Notes under the pieces: generated by a model
Told to the model about the DNA's origin: nothing
What the model saw: the letters and a program-made list of their open reading frames with translations, nothing else
The model's database searches: none
Virus record (IMG/VR): IMGVR_UViG_3300031867_000018
Coordinates: 45,016 to 109,015 of that record
Reading direction: 5' to 3' (one strand)
Origin: a virus
Taxonomy: Duplodnaviria; Caudoviricetes
Length of the DNA: 64,000 nt
Shown here: positions 1 to 11,000 of the stretch, one piece after another
Layout of the letters: each line of letters begins with the position of its first letter
How positions within the stretch are numbered: the stretch's first letter is position 1
Translations under genes and position numbers: made by a program

Positions 1-73
1 AAATGATTATTGTAATGCACTTCTTTATAAACTTATTGCACCTTTATATATATACAAAACGGCTTCGGGCAAT

Positions 74-2422
74 GTGCCTTATCGTTCTTTGCAACTTGAT
101 GGAACACTTGTTGACGTATTTGAAAAGTTGCAAGATTCTTTCTTATGTGTATTCGGATTTGATAACATAAATAAAACAATTCAAATCTACAGTAGAGATA
201 ATGAAGTAGTAAATCCTAATAGTTCGCTTATAATTAGTCCTGATAATTATATGACGGATATCTCGTATCAGGCAGATACTGATCAAATAATAACAAGGCT
301 GTATGCTACAGGTAAAGATGACCTGTGGTTAAGTGGAGCAAATATAACGGGACAGCGATTTGTAGATAATTTTGGTTATTTCACAAGTCAACCAAGTAAA
401 TACTTTACGGCGGATTCTGACGGTAACTATCCTCTTGTTACCGCACTTGAAACTTATGCAAGTATACTTGAACATTACTCAGATAAAAGCAATCAAGCAA
501 TAACAAGAAATGATATATTATATGTTTCCGGTAATGTGTATGAATATACGACAGAAACATATAATCTCGAACAGTTGCGAAACAAAATAAGTGAGTTGAG
601 CGACAGAGTATCAGTATGCCAAAGTCTTGCTAAGCAATGGTCATATGTTTATTACAGTGATACGGCTTCAAGTGGTGCAACGCAACAGGTGTCTGCTGGG
701 GCTGTTATTGCTGCAAATAATGAATTATCAGAGATAGAGCAGGATATATCGCAGTATATAGACTTTGAATTGAATGCAACAACAGTAAGAGCTATCTACG
801 ACATTGATAGTGACAGCTTTAACACAAGCGTAGGTATGCCGGGAGAACCAATTGGAACACAAAGTGGTTTCTACTTATACGCAAATTTATATCGGCTGCA
901 GGAGGCACTTGTTAATTGGCAAACACAGTTTACTTATGAAAATGTAAGAGACTTGAATGATAATATTATATTCACAACCGAATTGTTGAATCAGCTTCGT
1001 GTGTACATATACGAAGAAGATGTGTCTTTTGATAATATCTCGGACGACAACGTGCTGTATCAATACGCTAAAGACTATCTGGAATATATCAATCAGATAC
1101 CTATTACTGTAAACATAGGTATGGTGGACATATTAAGTAATTATCAATATCAGAGAGAATGGTCATTGATTACTGATGTGGGTGCAAAAATAAGAGTAGA
1201 TTTTAGAGATTTCGACTTGAATATGCACGATACTAAATTAAAATTGATGGAATATACCCATTCTGTTTCTAATGGTCAGCAGGATTTAAAAATTACATTA
1301 TCTAACGCTTATGAGTTGAGAAATGTTTATAATCAAATGTTGCAGAATGTGTGGTATAATTCGTATAAAAACACGAAAGATATACAGAGTTATAAAAAGT
1401 ATTGGGAAGATTTTATCAAGAAACAAGATGATTTATTGTTGCAAGGGCAAACAATAAGTGCTGATGTTAACAATATTGTTGATGGTTTAGGGAGACCAGT
1501 TGTTAACGCAAACGGCTTAGTATTGAGTAAATTCGGTAATAATGCAATAAAATCTAATGCAGACGGTTATTATGTTCATGACCGGGGTTTCTCCAGTACA
1601 AAAAATGGTACGGGGTATACGGCTAATACGGTGTTGCGTCCTAATCAAATCGTTTTTGATAATGCCGATGTTGTCTATGATACAAGCCCAACAGGATATA
1701 CTACATTTACGGTTAAGAACGTAGGCAGCAATAGTGGTAATGCAACTGGATTGCCTCGCTATTATACTGCTCCTTTTTGCAGTCAAAAATTACAAGCACT
1801 TGATATTCGGAATGGTACAAATTACATAACAACCAATTCAAATGGCGATCCTTGTATTTATTATGCAGAAATGACAATGGACTCTTCATCAGGTAATTTA
1901 AACGGTGGAGAATATTTTTATTATATGGCTAAATTAGTGCCTGATACTACAGAATCTGCTGTAAATGGATATGCGGTTCAGCAATTTACAGACAACACAG
2001 GTAGATTAATGTATTACAATGTAAATGATGACGGTACAATAGATTATAACACTTTGGTATACACTGCCCCCGAAAATGCAGAATTACTTGAACAGTCAAA
2101 AGTTAAGATATATCAAGCTATATTATATCCAACTATTCAGGTTAAAAGAACAACAAAAGCATCTGATGATCACGTTCCCGATGTTGTTTTCGGTATAGGA
2201 GATTCTAACGGATATGGCAAATTTACCGTAAGAAAATTGACCGATTCTGCTCAACTATTATATACAAGCCGAACGGAAAATGGTAGGATACGAGGCTTGG
2301 AGATAAAAGACAATGGCATATATCAAATACGAGGTAATGAAAGTAATATTATTCCATTTACACATCTTTCTTCAACAGAGCCAACAACGGCTGAAGAAGG
2401 CGATTTATGGATAAAAACATGA
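74..2422 (+). CDS. Phage minor tail / baseplate hub-like protein (probably 5'-truncated by the window edge)
   Basis: Long ORF with a 'ITRLYATGKD' segment typical of siphophage tail endopeptidase/anti-receptor proteins; C-terminal 'STEPTTAEEGDLWIK' is typical of tail proteins; lies at the end of the + strand structural block. Confidence 0.65.
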   Translation: MPYRSLQLDGTLVDVFEKLQDSFLCVFGFDNINKTIQIYSRDNEVVNPNSSLIISPDNYMTDISYQADTDQIITRLYATGKDDLWLSGANITGQRFVDNFGYFTSQPSKYFTADSDGNYPLVTALETYASILEHYSDKSNQAITRNDILYVSGNVYEYTTETYNLEQLRNKISELSDRVSVCQSLAKQWSYVYYSDTASSGATQQVSAGAVIAANNELSEIEQDISQYIDFELNATTVRAIYDIDSDSFNTSVGMPGEPIGTQSGFYLYANLYRLQEALVNWQTQFTYENVRDLNDNIIFTTELLNQLRVYIYEEDVSFDNISDDNVLYQYAKDYLEYINQIPITVNIGMVDILSNYQYQREWSLITDVGAKIRVDFRDFDLNMHDTKLKLMEYTHSVSNGQQDLKITLSNAYELRNVYNQMLQNVWYNSYKNTKDIQSYKKYWEDFIKKQDDLLLQGQTISADVNNIVDGLGRPVVNANGLVLSKFGNNAIKSNADGYYVHDRGFSSTKNGTGYTANTVLRPNQIVFDNADVVYDTSPTGYTTFTVKNVGSNSGNATGLPRYYTAPFCSQKLQALDIRNGTNYITTNSNGDPCIYYAEMTMDSSSGNLNGGEYFYYMAKLVPDTTESAVNGYAVQQFTDNTGRLMYYNVNDDGTIDYNTLVYTAPENAELLEQSKVKIYQAILYPTIQVKRTTKASDDHVPDVVFGIGDSNGYGKFTVRKLTDSAQLLYTSRTENGRIRGLEIKDNGIYQIRGNESNIIPFTHLSSTEPTTAEEGDLWIKT

Positions 2423-2440
2423 TATGAGAGGTGATTTATA

Positions 2441-3388
2441 ATGGCTTTAACGCCCGAATCGATAGCGGAGACATGGACACATGGTGACACAGTAGAAATA
2501 GCAACAACAGACGATTGGAATGTGTTTGCAACTTATCTAAACGCAAATCCTACAGCAGGAAGCGTTAGAAGTGCAAGGCTTATAGACAATCTGGATTTTA
2601 CAAACAAAAATTGTATTTTTATTACAGCCACGGGATATACGTCACCAATCACACATCTGTCATTTGACGGAGGGGGTTTTGAAATTAGTAATATAGTAGC
2701 AACTCTTTCGGGTAATTTCAACGGTTTGGTGTGGTTTCGTGAGACTACTAATACTACTTCCATTAGCGATGTTACGGTAAGGAATTGTTATGTTACGACT
2801 AACACCGCAACATCAGGATTATTCTGCGTTATGTCTGGGTATGTGGCTGCGAATTGCCATATTACGAATAGTCGATTTAATATGGGGGCAGAATTTCGTG
2901 GCATACATGGAGGAACTGGCGGTGTTGAATCATGCTCAGAAAATATCACAGTTTCTCTTTCGTCAGCAATAACAGGTGGTAGTTATGTTGGTATCTATGG
3001 TCATCCTATAAACAAATGTGTTGTAATCAACGACATATCTGTAGAGCATAACAATGTCCTTATTACAGATTTTGATGGTTCTTCTTCCGCAACAACAATA
3101 GGTTCATCATTTTCGAGGAGTAGAGTAACAACAAATAACACAGGCGTTACATTCCGACCATTTGCTATACCATATCCAACTGAGTGCTATTGTGCCAATC
3201 CTTTGATAGGAGTTGCTACATACACTCCGTTTTATAATATTAGAACAAATACAAGATCATATTACGATAATTCAATCGAAGGCAATCCAACAGCTTCGGC
3301 GGGTACAGAGTACGGATTAACTACAGCGGAACTGCAATCAGTTGCGACTATGCAAAGTTTAGGTTGGTATGTAAAGGCGGTGGAATAA
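2441..3388 (+). CDS. Putative tail fibre / receptor-binding protein (beta-helix, GLUG-like)
   Basis: GAGGTG RBS; T/S/N/G-rich; 'FDGGGFEISNI' and 'YYD...GLTTAELQS' segments resemble GLUG-type surface proteins. Confidence 0.5.
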   Translation: MALTPESIAETWTHGDTVEIATTDDWNVFATYLNANPTAGSVRSARLIDNLDFTNKNCIFITATGYTSPITHLSFDGGGFEISNIVATLSGNFNGLVWFRETTNTTSISDVTVRNCYVTTNTATSGLFCVMSGYVAANCHITNSRFNMGAEFRGIHGGTGGVESCSENITVSLSSAITGGSYVGIYGHPINKCVVINDISVEHNNVLITDFDGSSSATTIGSSFSRSRVTTNNTGVTFRPFAIPYPTECYCANPLIGVATYTPFYNIRTNTRSYYDNSIEGNPTASAGTEYGLTTAELQSVATMQSLGWYVKAVE

Positions 3389-3391
3389 ATT

Positions 3392-4117
3392 ATGTCTGAA
3401 ATATCAAATCTTATTACAGCAACACATGATACAAAGCTGGTACATGAGGAGTATACAGGGAAGAGAAATGTATCTATCGCAATAAGGACATTACGAGACA
3501 TACGATTACATTCGATTACATTCAAAGGAGTCAAATCTTCATATGTATCGGGTGGCGAAATACAAGACATATCTGTTGCCTGTAATATAAGTTCTTATGC
3601 AATGACAGCTAATGCAACATATCAAGATATTACGTTTCCACTCAATAATTATGCTGTTGCATATAGGACAACACAAACAATAACTATGCAAACAAACCGT
3701 ACATTTGAGTTGGAAGACGGCATTGATTCTTCGATTGACGATAGTGCGTTAGGTATGGGTATCTTTTTTAATACTATTACTAATGTGCCATCTTTTGAGA
3801 TAAATTATTATATTGTTGGCGAACCGTATCTTAGAACTAACAATATAAACGATAATTACCTTTATTTATCAGGTTTCCCGACAGATTATGGAGATTACTC
3901 AGGTAATAGTAATTGGTGGATAGATACAGACAAAGTAATTAATATCGGTTATCCTTTTATGTACGGTTTCCCGACAGATTACGGAGATTATAATTTCGGA
4001 AGGATTTATGTTAAAACTGCAAGTGGTTTTATTCTTTGTCCGATTTATCAAAAAACATCAAATGGGTTTCAGCCGTCAATTCTCAAAAAATACGATGGTA
4101 ATAGATTTGTATTATGA
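3392..4117 (+). CDS. Hypothetical virion protein with duplicated GFPTDYGDY motif
   Basis: Coupled to the previous ORF; GGTTTCCCGACAGATTAYGGAGATTA occurs twice (about 3872 and 3965). Confidence 0.5.
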   Translation: MSEISNLITATHDTKLVHEEYTGKRNVSIAIRTLRDIRLHSITFKGVKSSYVSGGEIQDISVACNISSYAMTANATYQDITFPLNNYAVAYRTTQTITMQTNRTFELEDGIDSSIDDSALGMGIFFNTITNVPSFEINYYIVGEPYLRTNNINDNYLYLSGFPTDYGDYSGNSNWWIDTDKVINIGYPFMYGFPTDYGDYNFGRIYVKTASGFILCPIYQKTSNGFQPSILKKYDGNRFVL

Positions 4118-4121
4118 TATG

Positions 4122-4152
4122 AAATGGGCGGTTTCGACTGCCCTATTTTTTT
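4122..4152 (+). terminator. Rho-independent terminator of the tail operon
   Basis: GGGCGGT-TTCG-ACTGCCC hairpin followed by a T run. Confidence 0.8.
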
Positions 4153-4224
4153 ACGATTGGATTAGAAATGTTTATGATTTGAATTGGTAATATTTGGTAT
4201 CTAAACATAGCTGCAAAATAAATT

Positions 4225-4483
4225 GTGTGTAAAGAGTGTGTAAAATGTATTTTTTATGTATTGAAAGTGGCTTGTTTGCAAGGGTTTAAAATATTTTAAT
4301 ACTAATTCACTTTCTTTACAATGTGTTTTTATTTTTTTTAAGATAATAACATAATAAATGTGATAAATAAGCCATTTATGAGCATCAATAAATCAATTTG
4401 TAAACATTAAAAACATTATCATTTGGTATATGATTGCATAATTTAGCACCGTTTATTTAAAAAAGTGTGTAAAAGTGTGTAAA
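4225..4483. other. Putative attP region with integrase arm-type sites
   Basis: Paired GTGTGTAAA direct repeats at 4225-4233/4236-4244 and 4465-4473/4475-4483 flank an AT-rich core immediately downstream of the integrase. Confidence 0.65.
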
Positions 4484-4493
4484 ACAAATTGGA

Positions 4494-5675
4494 TTATTTT
4501 ACCAATTTCATCAACTCATTTTCTTTTACATCTTCTTCGATTTCGGTATAAATATTCATTGTTAATTTAATATCTGAATGCCCCATAATTTCTTGCATAG
4601 CTTTAGAATTAACCCCTTTGGCATACATCATCGAACAAAACGTATGTCTTAATGTGTGCGGAGCTAAAAAGTGTATTTTTAAAGATTCATTGCTTTGATG
4701 TTTGTTGTAAGTTTGTTGAACCACTTTCAGACTTGTATAAATTTGTCTTTGATTGGTTACATTTCCGTTTTTTGTGCAAAAAACAAATCCAATCCATTCG
4801 TTTTTGTATACAACTATATTTTGATTTTGTTTTATTTCAAATAATGTTTTTCTAACAATAGGAAGCATAGGAATGTCTCTCATAGAACTCTCCGTTTTTG
4901 GGGTTTGCAGATAATATCGATAACCTCCGTCTGGAGCTGACGCATATATCAAGTTGTGTCTTATGTGTATGATATTTTCTTCAAAATCAACATCTTCCCA
5001 TAAAAGACCACAAAGTTCAGAGGCTCTCATTCCTGTATACAGTAAAACAATAACTTTGGCATAAATTAGTTTTCGCTGAGGCGTATTCAAAAAAATTAAA
5101 AAAGCTTCAACTTGCTTTTCTGTTAAGCAATTCCCATTTTTTGTGGTTTCTTTACATTTTTTAACGATTTTATTTATGCTTTCTAAGGTATAAGTGTTTG
5201 GATTGTGTATTATAATTCTGTTTCTTATCGCAAATTTTATAATAGAGTTGACTATGCTATAGATTCCTTTAATTGTTTTTAAAGCCAATTTTTTATTTAT
5301 GGCTAAGTCTTGGTAGAAATTTGTTAATAAAGCATAATTAATGTCGTTGATTCTCACTTGTGCAAGTTTTGGTTGGATATGACGGCTATAATCTCCCATA
5401 TAACGCACAAGAGTTGTTGGTTTTATGTTTACCTTTTGGATGTTCATCCAAGCTTCATACAATTCATAAAAAAACGGATTAATACTACTGCAGGGATTTA
5501 AATATTTTTGTTTAACAATTTCTTCCTCTTTTTCTCTTAGTTCTGCAAGATCATGAGCATAAATATACATCCACTTATTTGCCAATTTGTCTTTATACCT
5601 ATATTGATAAGTTCCATCTTTACGTTGACTTTCTCCTGTTTTTAAAACTCTACCTTTATTATCTTTCCTGCTCAT
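4494..5675 (-). CDS. int: Tyrosine integrase (Tn916 Int-like, N-terminal arm-binding domain)
   Basis: 'RKDNKGRVLKTGESQRKDGTYQYRY' N-terminus; catalytic R (TGMRASE), HTLRH, MGHS and Y (TMNIYT). Confidence 0.95.
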   Translation of the reverse strand: MSRKDNKGRVLKTGESQRKDGTYQYRYKDKLANKWMYIYAHDLAELREKEEEIVKQKYLNPCSSINPFFYELYEAWMNIQKVNIKPTTLVRYMGDYSRHIQPKLAQVRINDINYALLTNFYQDLAINKKLALKTIKGIYSIVNSIIKFAIRNRIIIHNPNTYTLESINKIVKKCKETTKNGNCLTEKQVEAFLIFLNTPQRKLIYAKVIVLLYTGMRASELCGLLWEDVDFEENIIHIRHNLIYASAPDGGYRYYLQTPKTESSMRDIPMLPIVRKTLFEIKQNQNIVVYKNEWIGFVFCTKNGNVTNQRQIYTSLKVVQQTYNKHQSNESLKIHFLAPHTLRHTFCSMMYAKGVNSKAMQEIMGHSDIKLTMNIYTEIEEDVKENELMKLVK

Positions 5676-5767
5676 ATTCAGTTCCTCCTTTTCTTAAAAG
5701 TAAAAAGAGCAACTATGTTTAGATATTTTTGATTATATCACACGATTGCTCTTTTTACAACAATTAT

Positions 5768-6004
5768 TTATACACTATATTGATTTAGTAACCATTTCTC
5801 AAACTCTTTTCTTTTTATTAAGTATTTACTCTTCACCCTCAAAACAAACACACATCTTTCATCTCTGACCCATTCATATAACTGTTTCGTGCCGATATTA
5901 GACAACTTAGATGCTTCTACTATTGTTAGTAATATCTTGTCTTTAATTTCAACTTCCGTTGGTGCTTCCAAACCCTCCACTCCTTTTCTTGCCCGTAAAA
6001 TCAT
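5768..6004 (-). CDS. xis: Excisionase (true start uncertain, overlaps dUTPase end)
   Basis: 'LLTIVEASKLSNIG..QLYEW...YLIKRKEFEKWL' winged-helix pattern directly upstream of int. Confidence 0.8.
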   Translation of the reverse strand: MILRARKGVEGLEAPTEVEIKDKILLTIVEASKLSNIGTKQLYEWVRDERCVFVLRVKSKYLIKRKEFEKWLLNQYSV

Positions 6005-6539
6005 CGTCTTTTACAAGTAAAAAATTAGCAAATTGGAATTGGCAGAACGCTGTTCCTTTCTTGATTTCCATAGGTTTATTCCCGTTATTTTTTATGCCGA
6101 CCCAAATATGCCCTTCATTTTCTTTATTATCAACATAATCCTTGTCAATTATACCCACAGTATTCAATAATTGACAATTATATTTAAAACCAAGAGAACT
6201 TCTTGGGTATGCCTGTAATACTTCCCCGCTATTCATATATGCTTTTAAATAGGTGGGAACTTTTTTTGTTTCTTTTGGGTCGAGTATAAAATCGTATGGT
6301 GCATACACATCGTAGCAAGCTGAATCTGCCGTTGCTCTTTTAGGTAATGGCGGTTGGAAATTATGCAATTCTTTACATTCTTTCACAGCTTTTACATACT
6401 TGAAATACCTATTTTTCTGCTTTTCTTTTTCTATTTTTGCAAGTTCCTGTTTCACATCTGTTTTCGTAATACTGACAGTGAGAACGATATCTGTAACAAT
6501 AAGTGTTAATAATATTATAAATAATAATGCTGGTTCCAA
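5949..6539 (-). CDS. dut: Trimeric dUTPase with N-terminal hydrophobic segment
   Basis: Motifs PKRATADSACYD, PRSSLG, GIIDKDY and RSGGFGST. Confidence 0.9.
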   Translation of the reverse strand: MEPALLFIILLTLIVTDIVLTVSITKTDVKQELAKIEKEKQKNRYFKYVKAVKECKELHNFQPPLPKRATADSACYDVYAPYDFILDPKETKKVPTYLKAYMNSGEVLQAYPRSSLGFKYNCQLLNTVGIIDKDYVDNKENEGHIWVGIKNNGNKPMEIKKGTAFCQFQFANFLLVKDDDFTGKKRSGGFGSTNGS

Positions 6540-6540
6540 T

Positions 6541-6750
6541 TCATCTACCTTCTTTCTTTTGAATATACCTTTCTAATTTTATAGGATTATCCGCAGTTTT
6601 CTTTGTTTTTATAGCTTTGTTGTTTTCTATTTTGTATAAGAAATAATCACTACGATTTTTGTCGCTTGTAATTAAGTATCTATTTCCTGATCTCGTTTCG
6701 TAATCAAGGAAGATACGTTCATTTTTATCTATTACAAATTCATTTTTCAT
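6541..6750 (-). CDS. Hypothetical protein
   Basis: Coupled ORF within the operon. Confidence 0.55.
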   Translation of the reverse strand: MKNEFVIDKNERIFLDYETRSGNRYLITSDKNRSDYFLYKIENNKAIKTKKTADNPIKLERYIQKKEGR

Positions 6751-7259
6751 CTTGATTCTCCAATACTAAAAATACCTCGGCATAACTAATACCTCTTTTA
6801 AGAGCTTCTTCGTGTGTTGAAACACAAAAATCAATTCGATTGCCTTGAATGGCACTTCCCGTTCCTTCAGCTACATAAGCTTCTCCGTCAATCATTATTT
6901 TGCTTCCTAAAGGAATAACATTAGGGTCAACAGCCATAGAGTGATAAGAAATGATAGGAGTTCCCATCGCCGTAAAATTATATCCGCCATTACATATTTC
7001 ACAAGGACAATAATAAGTTTTGAAATGTACCTAAACTAATTATCTGAGTATTTGAATTAGTTGCTGTTTCATTTTCTGTAGTTAATTCTGTTGTTGATTC
7101 TGTACTTGCTATTTCTGTAGTTGATATGATAATGCTTGATTTTGATATATCGTCATTGATATTTACCGAAACAGTTTTGTAAGCAACAATAATAATTAAT
7201 GTTGTTAGTACGAATATAGCAACTTTGTTGATTAGAATGACGAATTGCTTATTAGACAT
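6740..7259 (-). pseudogene. Frameshifted 3D-domain (cell-wall/lytic transglycosylase-like) protein
   Basis: Signal/TM plus Thr-rich linker in 6999-7259; a frame change near 7020 gives 'KTYYCPCEICNGGYNFTAMG' leading into 'AVDPNVIPLGS...AEGTGSAIQGNRID'; the usual AEDTG Asp reads Gly. Confidence 0.7.
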
Positions 7260-7324
7260 GGAATCTCCTTTGTGTTTCAATTATTTTGATGTATGTGCTT
7301 GCAGAATGATACTTTTTGTGGCAC

Positions 7325-7522
7325 TTAGTCCATTATAAGTTTATATAGCCCACAGTGGCACTCTCCTTCGATTTGATTGTCCATCATGTTTCTAAAATCT
7401 TTGCACATACATTTAGTGTCTGGACTTTTTTCAATTTGGCAAGGACAATAATTATCATTATCTTTTAATTTTTGCCGAATCTCATTAACATATTCAGCGT
7501 TTGAGTTTAATATTACTCTCAT
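7325..7522 (-). CDS. Ferredoxin-thioredoxin reductase catalytic-chain-like protein
   Basis: YCPC...CMC...CHCGLY cysteine pattern. Confidence 0.8.
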   Translation of the reverse strand: MRVILNSNAEYVNEIRQKLKDNDNYCPCQIEKSPDTKCMCKDFRNMMDNQIEGECHCGLYKLIMD

Positions 7523-7530
7523 ATTTCCTC

Positions 7531-8022
7531 CTAAGATATTTTTTTAGCATATTGATTGTCACTGGCAAGATTTACTCCAAGTACATAGTCGTAATGAGAC
7601 TGTTGGTCGGGAATAAATCTACCAAATTTAATAATTATATTAGATAATTTTTTAAACTGCTCTAAGTAGTCTTTGTATTTTTGATTTACTTCTTCCTCTG
7701 TGTAACCTGTGTATATGACGATATCGTCTTTAATATTATTTATATTTCTTAATTGTATAATAAATAGCAACACATTATCTATGTCATCGAAAGGCTCTAA
7801 CCCTCCAAATATTACAGATTTGGAAATATCGTTGTTTAAATATCTATTTATTATGTTTCGTATCGGAATCTCAATATCCGGAGAATTAGCAAGTGCGCCG
7901 TTTTGACACACTTGCTTTCTGCACTCTTTGTCACATTTAAAAGTACAAGAATGACAACCGATAAACATTGAAGGAAGTTTATAGTTGACAAAATCTTCAT
8001 CTATGACATATTTAACTTTCAT
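7531..8022 (-). CDS. nrdG: Anaerobic RNR activase-like radical SAM protein
   Basis: GCHSCTFKC cluster, GGLEPFD, YTGY and LASDNQ motifs; adjacent to nrdD. Confidence 0.85.
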   Translation of the reverse strand: MKVKYVIDEDFVNYKLPSMFIGCHSCTFKCDKECRKQVCQNGALANSPDIEIPIRNIINRYLNNDISKSVIFGGLEPFDDIDNVLLFIIQLRNINNIKDDIVIYTGYTEEEVNQKYKDYLEQFKKLSNIIIKFGRFIPDQQSHYDYVLGVNLASDNQYAKKIS

Positions 8023-11000
8023 CCTATAACCCCGTCATTTCGTAAAACATTCATCCATTGACGCTTATCAAATTCTCTTTTACGAATATTTTGATAGCTG
8101 CTTGTGGGTGTATAGAATCCGACTACCCTTGAATATGTATCTGCGATTGCTTCTCCGCAAACAGGGCACATCTTTTCTGAGATGAATGCGTGTTTATGCA
8201 CACATGTGCTAATTTTTGTCGTGAAAGCAAAATATATAACTCCTTGAGACGCAACATAATTAAGCATATCCCATGCAGTTTCTTCATTTGGAAACCTGTT
8301 TTCAATATTGATATGAGCTATGCAACCACCACCACATTTTTTATCAAATAAAGAGCCTACTCTACACTTCTCCTGAATAGTGCATTTCTCCATTAAAGGA
8401 ATCCACTGATTCGAGTAGATAAAGTATTTGTTTTGTTCAAATAACAGATTATCCGCCTTACACATAACACCAGCACAGTTTTCAGCAGGTATCATTTCAA
8501 TGTTAAAAGTAAAATCACACTCAAAATTGTCTTTTACCTCGTTCATAATATCAAGAATTTTAGTTGTAAATGCGATAGCTTCATCAGAATAACTTTTACA
8601 ACCTATCTCATCTGTATTTATTAAACCAAACAAATCCATTACTTCGTATATTCCAATACCACCGATTGTACAGAATTGCTTGTCTAATTCTACTGCGCCG
8701 TCACAATAATTAGGAAGCAAACCCTTTTCAATATTACGCTTAATAATATGGCGCATAGAAGACAATGCTTTACAATCAAGTAAAACTCTTTTCTTTAATA
8801 TCTGTAAGTATTTTGATTGATTAAATTCGCTTTCATAAGCAATGCGCACAAGGTTAATTGTACTTACTCTGCACGATCCAACCGAAAGAGCAGTTCCACC
8901 TATTGAATTAATAAAAGCGTCAAGTTTCTGAGTATCGCTTAATAAACGACAACAATTGGATAATACACCAACATTATCACTTACAAAGAAGTTACTATCT
9001 GACCATTTGATATTATGGTTTGAACACCAACGAGCAAAATCTTCGTCTGCAAACTTGCCGTCTTTGTAAAGTAGTGAATATGTTAATACGGGGTATGTAA
9101 ACATATTAATTTCCCTTGTTTCACTTACAACTTCCATGAAGATTTTTTGACATTCTATCAAATCTTCAATGTGGTCGATAGCAAGGGTGTTATCAGGAAA
9201 CTCTACTCCACCGAAAAGAGATTCAAGGTAAGGTCTATCAAATATAGACACATTTGTAACCTTTGTATTCGCAACGGTTCGCTACGCCGTTACCGCCCAT
9301 TAAGGGCTGCTCTATGTCACCATAGAGAGTAGACTATATCACAAACTGTTAAAAACAGTTTCCTTGCACTTCCACCGTCAATCGCTTACGGTGTACTCCC
9401 TTGCGGGATAGTCGTTGAACCTTCCTCATTAGAAGCTTGGCTGCTAATTGTCTTATGTCTTTTATAATTATGTATTTTAAATAAGTGGCAATCTTTACAA
9501 TAAGTAATCAAGTTATTATCGTCAAGGAATCTGCTATCTTGAACGATAATTTTATATAAAGCTATCCGTTCATCTATTGTATTTATATCATGCTCAGGAT
9601 GTTCTTTAATTATTTCCTTAATAATATCAGAAAAATGCTTAATATGATGAATGTGTAAGATGGTGTGGGTAGCTCCGCATAATTGACAAGTATAATTATC
9701 TCTTTTAGCTATTTTAGGCACTTGATTTACTGTAAAATATTCTCTCAATAACAAATATAATGGAGTAATCCCACCTTGCCAATTAGGATGATTTTCTCCT
9801 GTCATTAGCCCTATTTTTGATTCGGAATTATTCATCGTTTCAAGACCCAATCTGTGCATTTGTCTTCGTACTGTACCTGCGTCTATTCCGTACATATCTC
9901 CTATAGCTTTGCAAGTTAAATGTTGATTCCAGTGCAAGTCGTTCATTTTGTCAATGTTTAACAAATCGGGATGTATTTCTTTGCCATTATAATTAAATTG
10001 AGCTTCCGACATTCCTCTTGTTTTAATACCTGACTTGGTTAAATATCTGCGGATTGTTCCATTATCGGTATTAAAAAGTAAGCCTATTTTATAAGCAGAT
10101 AACCCTTCGTCACAGTATAACTCAATTATTTTTTGTATTTCATCATCTGTAAATTTATAATGTCGATTTTGCTTAATGATTTGAATGCCGTTCTTTTTAA
10201 GATTATTATGAATAGCGTCATAAGATACTTTATTTTCTTTGGCTATCTGAGAAACAGACTTGCCTAATTCAACATGATTGTGATATAAATATTCATATAA
10301 TTCATGCTGTTTCTTTTTTCTAACGTGTTTGGTTATAGGTTTGGAAATTTTATGTTTTAACAACCACTGTTGAATTGTATTTTGTTTACATCCATATTCC
10401 TCTGCAATATCTTTAGTACGGCGATCTTTGACTACATACTCTTCATATAACCAATCTTTATCCATCCACGGTTTTTCTCCAGTATAACGATTTTTAGGAT
10501 AATTCATTTAAACACCTCCTTTATTTTATATTCTATTTTTTTATAAGACATAAGATTTTTCAGCAATTCACAAGGTTTGCTATGGCGGTCGCCCACCATA
10601 GGCGCAAACATTTACGCACTTTGGTCAATTCTTAAAAACGGTTGATTTAAACGGAATATCAGCTTTTGAAACTGCTGCCTTAAATAATAGTCGGGATTTT
10701 TCATATAATATCCGTCTTCACAGTCTTTCTTCCAAAAATACCACGCCCAAATAAGGATATTCGGCATACCCACAGCTCCCGATTGGCGGTTAGATAAGAA
10801 AGAAACAAACTCTATCACATCGTCAAAATATGTTGTTAAATGCTTGGGCGGCTGATTATTGTAGTTTTCAAGAAAAAACAAACCTTCCGTTGCCAATCTT
10901 GTAAAATCATTTGCCCAACAATAAGGGAAATAACTTGCAGTTGTGCTGTCATTCAAATAAAAGCCACGACTAAATTCTTGTTCCAACCACTGCTTTGCGG

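Noticed and set aside
2441-4117. Diversity-generating retroelement acting on tail genes
   Set aside because: No reverse transcriptase; the only repeat is a 26-bp internal duplication without adenine-specific differences.
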